NCBI RefSeq assembly: GCF_000018105.1
Contig: NC_009925.1
Coordinates: forward strand, 1,860,001 to 1,892,000
Length of the DNA: 32,000 nucleotides
Origin: Acaryochloris marina MBIC11017
GTDB lineage: Bacteria > Cyanobacteriota > Cyanobacteriia > Thermosynechococcales > Thermosynechococcaceae
Direction: 5' to 3'
Numbering within the stretch: the stretch's first letter is position 1; the number at the start of each line of letters is the position of its first letter. The translations under genes and the position numbers were made by a program. Shown piece after piece: positions 29,967-32,000 of this stretch. The notes below the pieces were generated by a model. The model worked only from the letters and a program-made list of their open reading frames with translations. It did no database searches and had not been told where the DNA came from.

Positions 29967-30941
29967 TTAAATATTCCCTTTATAGAGTTTAATAAGCTCT
30001 CTATCCGATAGGATTTTCGTATCTTTTTTTCCTATAAAGTAATAGCCAGATGCAGCATCAAAAACCCCTGATTGTTGGACTAAATATCGATCAAAATATT
30101 GCAAATAAAAGGATGTCAGCCTAGTAAAAATTTTAATCAGCTTACGCAATGCTTTCTGTTTCGTAAAACTGAGCAAAAAGTACTGATAAGACCAGGCTAA
30201 CGCCATACCGGGGCCACCAACTGGACCACTCTCCACCTCCTGGAAGTGACGAAATAGGCGTCGATGTCCTAAGTGGGTAAATCGCGTAAAGTCATAGCGC
30301 CCCATATGCACTTGTTGCATAAAAGGAGTTTCAGCATAAACGAGGCCATTCGATTTGAGTACACGATGCATTTCTGCCACACATCGATAGGGATCCACCA
30401 CATGTTCTAAGACTGCTTGAATAATCACACCATCTATTGACTGATCCGTAAATGGAAGATCGTGAGCATCACAGATTAACTGGGTTCGTTCACTGAAATA
30501 GATATCACTTTCAATCAGTTCAATATTCGATTGACGAACCAGCTCTTCCATCCCTTGCCCCAAATTGCCACAGCCAATCACTAACACCTTGGGATGCTCA
30601 GAATATTGCAATAGCTGCTGCGTAAACTGTTGATAGTTCTGCTTGGCCACAGGATTCACATCAATATTAGGCAGTGCAGCGCTGATGCGAGCTTTGACTC
30701 CACTACCGGTTGACGGGGGCACATGCCCTTCCTCCTGCTCAAACTCGGCAATGGAAAAGATACTGGCGTCTTCATTCAATAGGATGGGAGCACAATTGAC
30801 GACAGGAAAGACCGAAGAACAGTCAGCATTCTGACAAGACAAATGGTGGTCCTGCAGCTCCAGCTGGCCTTTGCAAACCGGGCAGCATAGCAAAGATTGA
30901 GCAACATCAGAAAAACGGAATTGAGAACCCATACTTGTCAT
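29967..30941 (-). CDS. Class I SAM-dependent methyltransferase with an N-terminal Trm112-like zinc-ribbon
   Basis: CPVCKGQLELQDHHLSCQNADC (Cys4 ribbon); motif I KVLVIGCGNLGQG; IDGVIIQAVLEHV. Ends 15 nt upstream of the nucleotidyltransferase gene. Confidence 0.85.
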   Translation of the reverse strand: MTSMGSQFRFSDVAQSLLCCPVCKGQLELQDHHLSCQNADCSSVFPVVNCAPILLNEDASIFSIAEFEQEEGHVPPSTGSGVKARISAALPNIDVNPVAKQNYQQFTQQLLQYSEHPKVLVIGCGNLGQGMEELVRQSNIELIESDIYFSERTQLICDAHDLPFTDQSIDGVIIQAVLEHVVDPYRCVAEMHRVLKSNGLVYAETPFMQQVHMGRYDFTRFTHLGHRRLFRHFQEVESGPVGGPGMALAWSYQYFLLSFTKQKALRKLIKIFTRLTSFYLQYFDRYLVQQSGVFDAASGYYFIGKKDTKILSDRELIKLYKGNI

Positions 30942-31049
30942 TTACATCTGTTGAGATCAGGAGCAGAGTTTATATTACGCGCAGTATCTTCACCATACTC
31001 AACGCTCTGAAATTATTTTATTCTAAAAAATTATTTTATCAACCTCCCT

Positions 31050-32000
31050 TTAAACTAGAGTTGCTAAGGCCTGGTCAACGGCACCAAGGCACACCTCAGG
31101 GGCAAACTTAGTGGCAGCAGACTGCATACCCTGTTCAGCTAAGGTCGAGGCAAGCTGTTGATCATTCAACAACTCATGAATCGCGGCGGCTAAAGCATTC
31201 GCATCCCCTGGGGGGACTAACCGCCCCGACTGCCGATCGGCAATCACTTCCAACATGCCCCCTGCCGCCGTCGCAATCACCGGCTTTTGGGCTAGCTGAC
31301 CTTCAATCGCAATTCTGGCACAAGGTTCAGGTTCAGTAGAGGCATGAATGACAATATCGCAAGCTTTCATCAAAGCCGGGACGTCTTGGCGAAATCCCAA
31401 CCAATGAATTCGATCGGCTAAATCTTCGCCAGCCGCCATTTCTTTGATCATGGCGACATAGTCTTGTTCTCCAAACAAAGCATCGCCCACCAATAACCCA
31501 TGGACATCCGGTAAAGACCGCAACGCTTCAATTAAGACATGTTGGCCTTTCCATGGAGAGAGGCGGCTAAACAGTCCCACCAAGGGTACATTCTCTAGCT
31601 TGAGTTCTTGGCGCACAGCTGTTGCAGCTTCCAGGGTGACCTGATCAAACCGATCCGACTCAATCCCGTCATACATCACTTTCACCAAATTAGGACGACC
31701 ACCCACAGCGATAAAGGCATCAGCCGTTGCCTGTGATGCAACCCAAACTTGAGCGGCCCGGTTATTCGCCAGAGTAATGGCGACACGACGATTCACACCA
31801 CTAAAATGCTTAGCAGTCAGGATATCTCGTAAATGCCAAACTAGCGGCGGCGTCCCGATCAGTGTCGCCAAGCTAGCCGCAATAAACGCTTTTTGAGAAT
31901 TGGCACAAATAAAATCAAATCCTTGAGAGGCTTTAGCAATCTGCTGCGCCATTTGCCACAGCGCTGGAATCGCTTTAAGGGAAGCCAAGCCACTGGATGT
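31050..32000 (-). CDS. GT4-family (group 1) glycosyltransferase, partial (N-terminus lies right of the window)
   Basis: The reading frame is open to nt 32000 (the track M at 31988 is only a TTG). C-terminal Rossmann-domain motifs: HGLLVGD, ASTEPEPCARIAIEGQLAQKPVIATAAGGMLEVI (EX7E-type). Confidence 0.85.
   Translation of the reverse strand, partial: TSSGLASLKAIPALWQMAQQIAKASQGFDFICANSQKAFIAASLATLIGTPPLVWHLRDILTAKHFSGVNRRVAITLANNRAAQVWVASQATADAFIAVGGRPNLVKVMYDGIESDRFDQVTLEAATAVRQELKLENVPLVGLFSRLSPWKGQHVLIEALRSLPDVHGLLVGDALFGEQDYVAMIKEMAAGEDLADRIHWLGFRQDVPALMKACDIVIHASTEPEPCARIAIEGQLAQKPVIATAAGGMLEVIADRQSGRLVPPGDANALAAAIHELLNDQQLASTLAEQGMQSAATKFAPEVCLGAVDQALATLV

Noticed and set aside
1-32000. 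Looked for mobile-element hallmarks (transposase or integrase ORFs, terminal inverted repeats flanking the giant genes, tRNA-adjacent islands)
   Set aside because: None found. The long inverted repeats present are hairpin-type (adjacent arms), not element termini.

Overview
Cyanobacterial chromosomal DNA. Evidence: 12 exact copies of the HIP1 octamer GCGATCGC, a DapL-type lysine-pathway gene and an SbtA-family permease. I recognised no rRNA, tRNA, CRISPR array, transposase, integrase or known defence system. All family calls are by-eye motif recognition; no searches were run. The window mixes housekeeping genes with two very large accessory genes. Housekeeping: a TetR regulator with a palindromic operator, SRPBCC, DJ-1/PfpI, dapL, a mercaptopyruvate-type sulfurtransferase, pyrB and an ABC ATPase. 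Both accessory genes encode RTX (type I secretion-type) proteins, and each is preceded by a ~1-kb AT-rich non-coding spacer carrying long perfect inverted repeats. Giant 1 (3708-11489/11519, minus, ~2600 aa) fuses a choice-of-anchor-I-like propeller, split by an inserted phytase-like esterase, with an ExeM/NucH-type EEP nuclease, a 5'-nucleotidase-type metallophosphatase and an RTX tail. I read it as a candidate single-chain extracellular DNA/organophosphate scavenging enzyme. Giant 2 (19181-24076/24124, minus, ~1630 aa) has a His-rich hexad N-terminus, a G8 domain, a right-handed beta-helix, a PKD domain, a jelly-roll-like domain and about 57 uninterrupted RTX nonapeptides organised in a 270-nt super-repeat. 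It sits beside a polysaccharide-type locus: a clan GH-A hydrolase, acyltransferase-3, an uncharacterised nucleotidyltransferase, a Trm112-ribbon methyltransferase and a GT4 glycosyltransferase. An ORF missing from the track (59 codons, 16509-16685, minus) is ATGA-coupled to the 67-aa ORF at 16309-16512. Together they form a two-gene small-protein cassette of unknown function. The track reports maximal ORFs with ATG/GTG/TTG starts, so several starts were trimmed to better-supported start codons.
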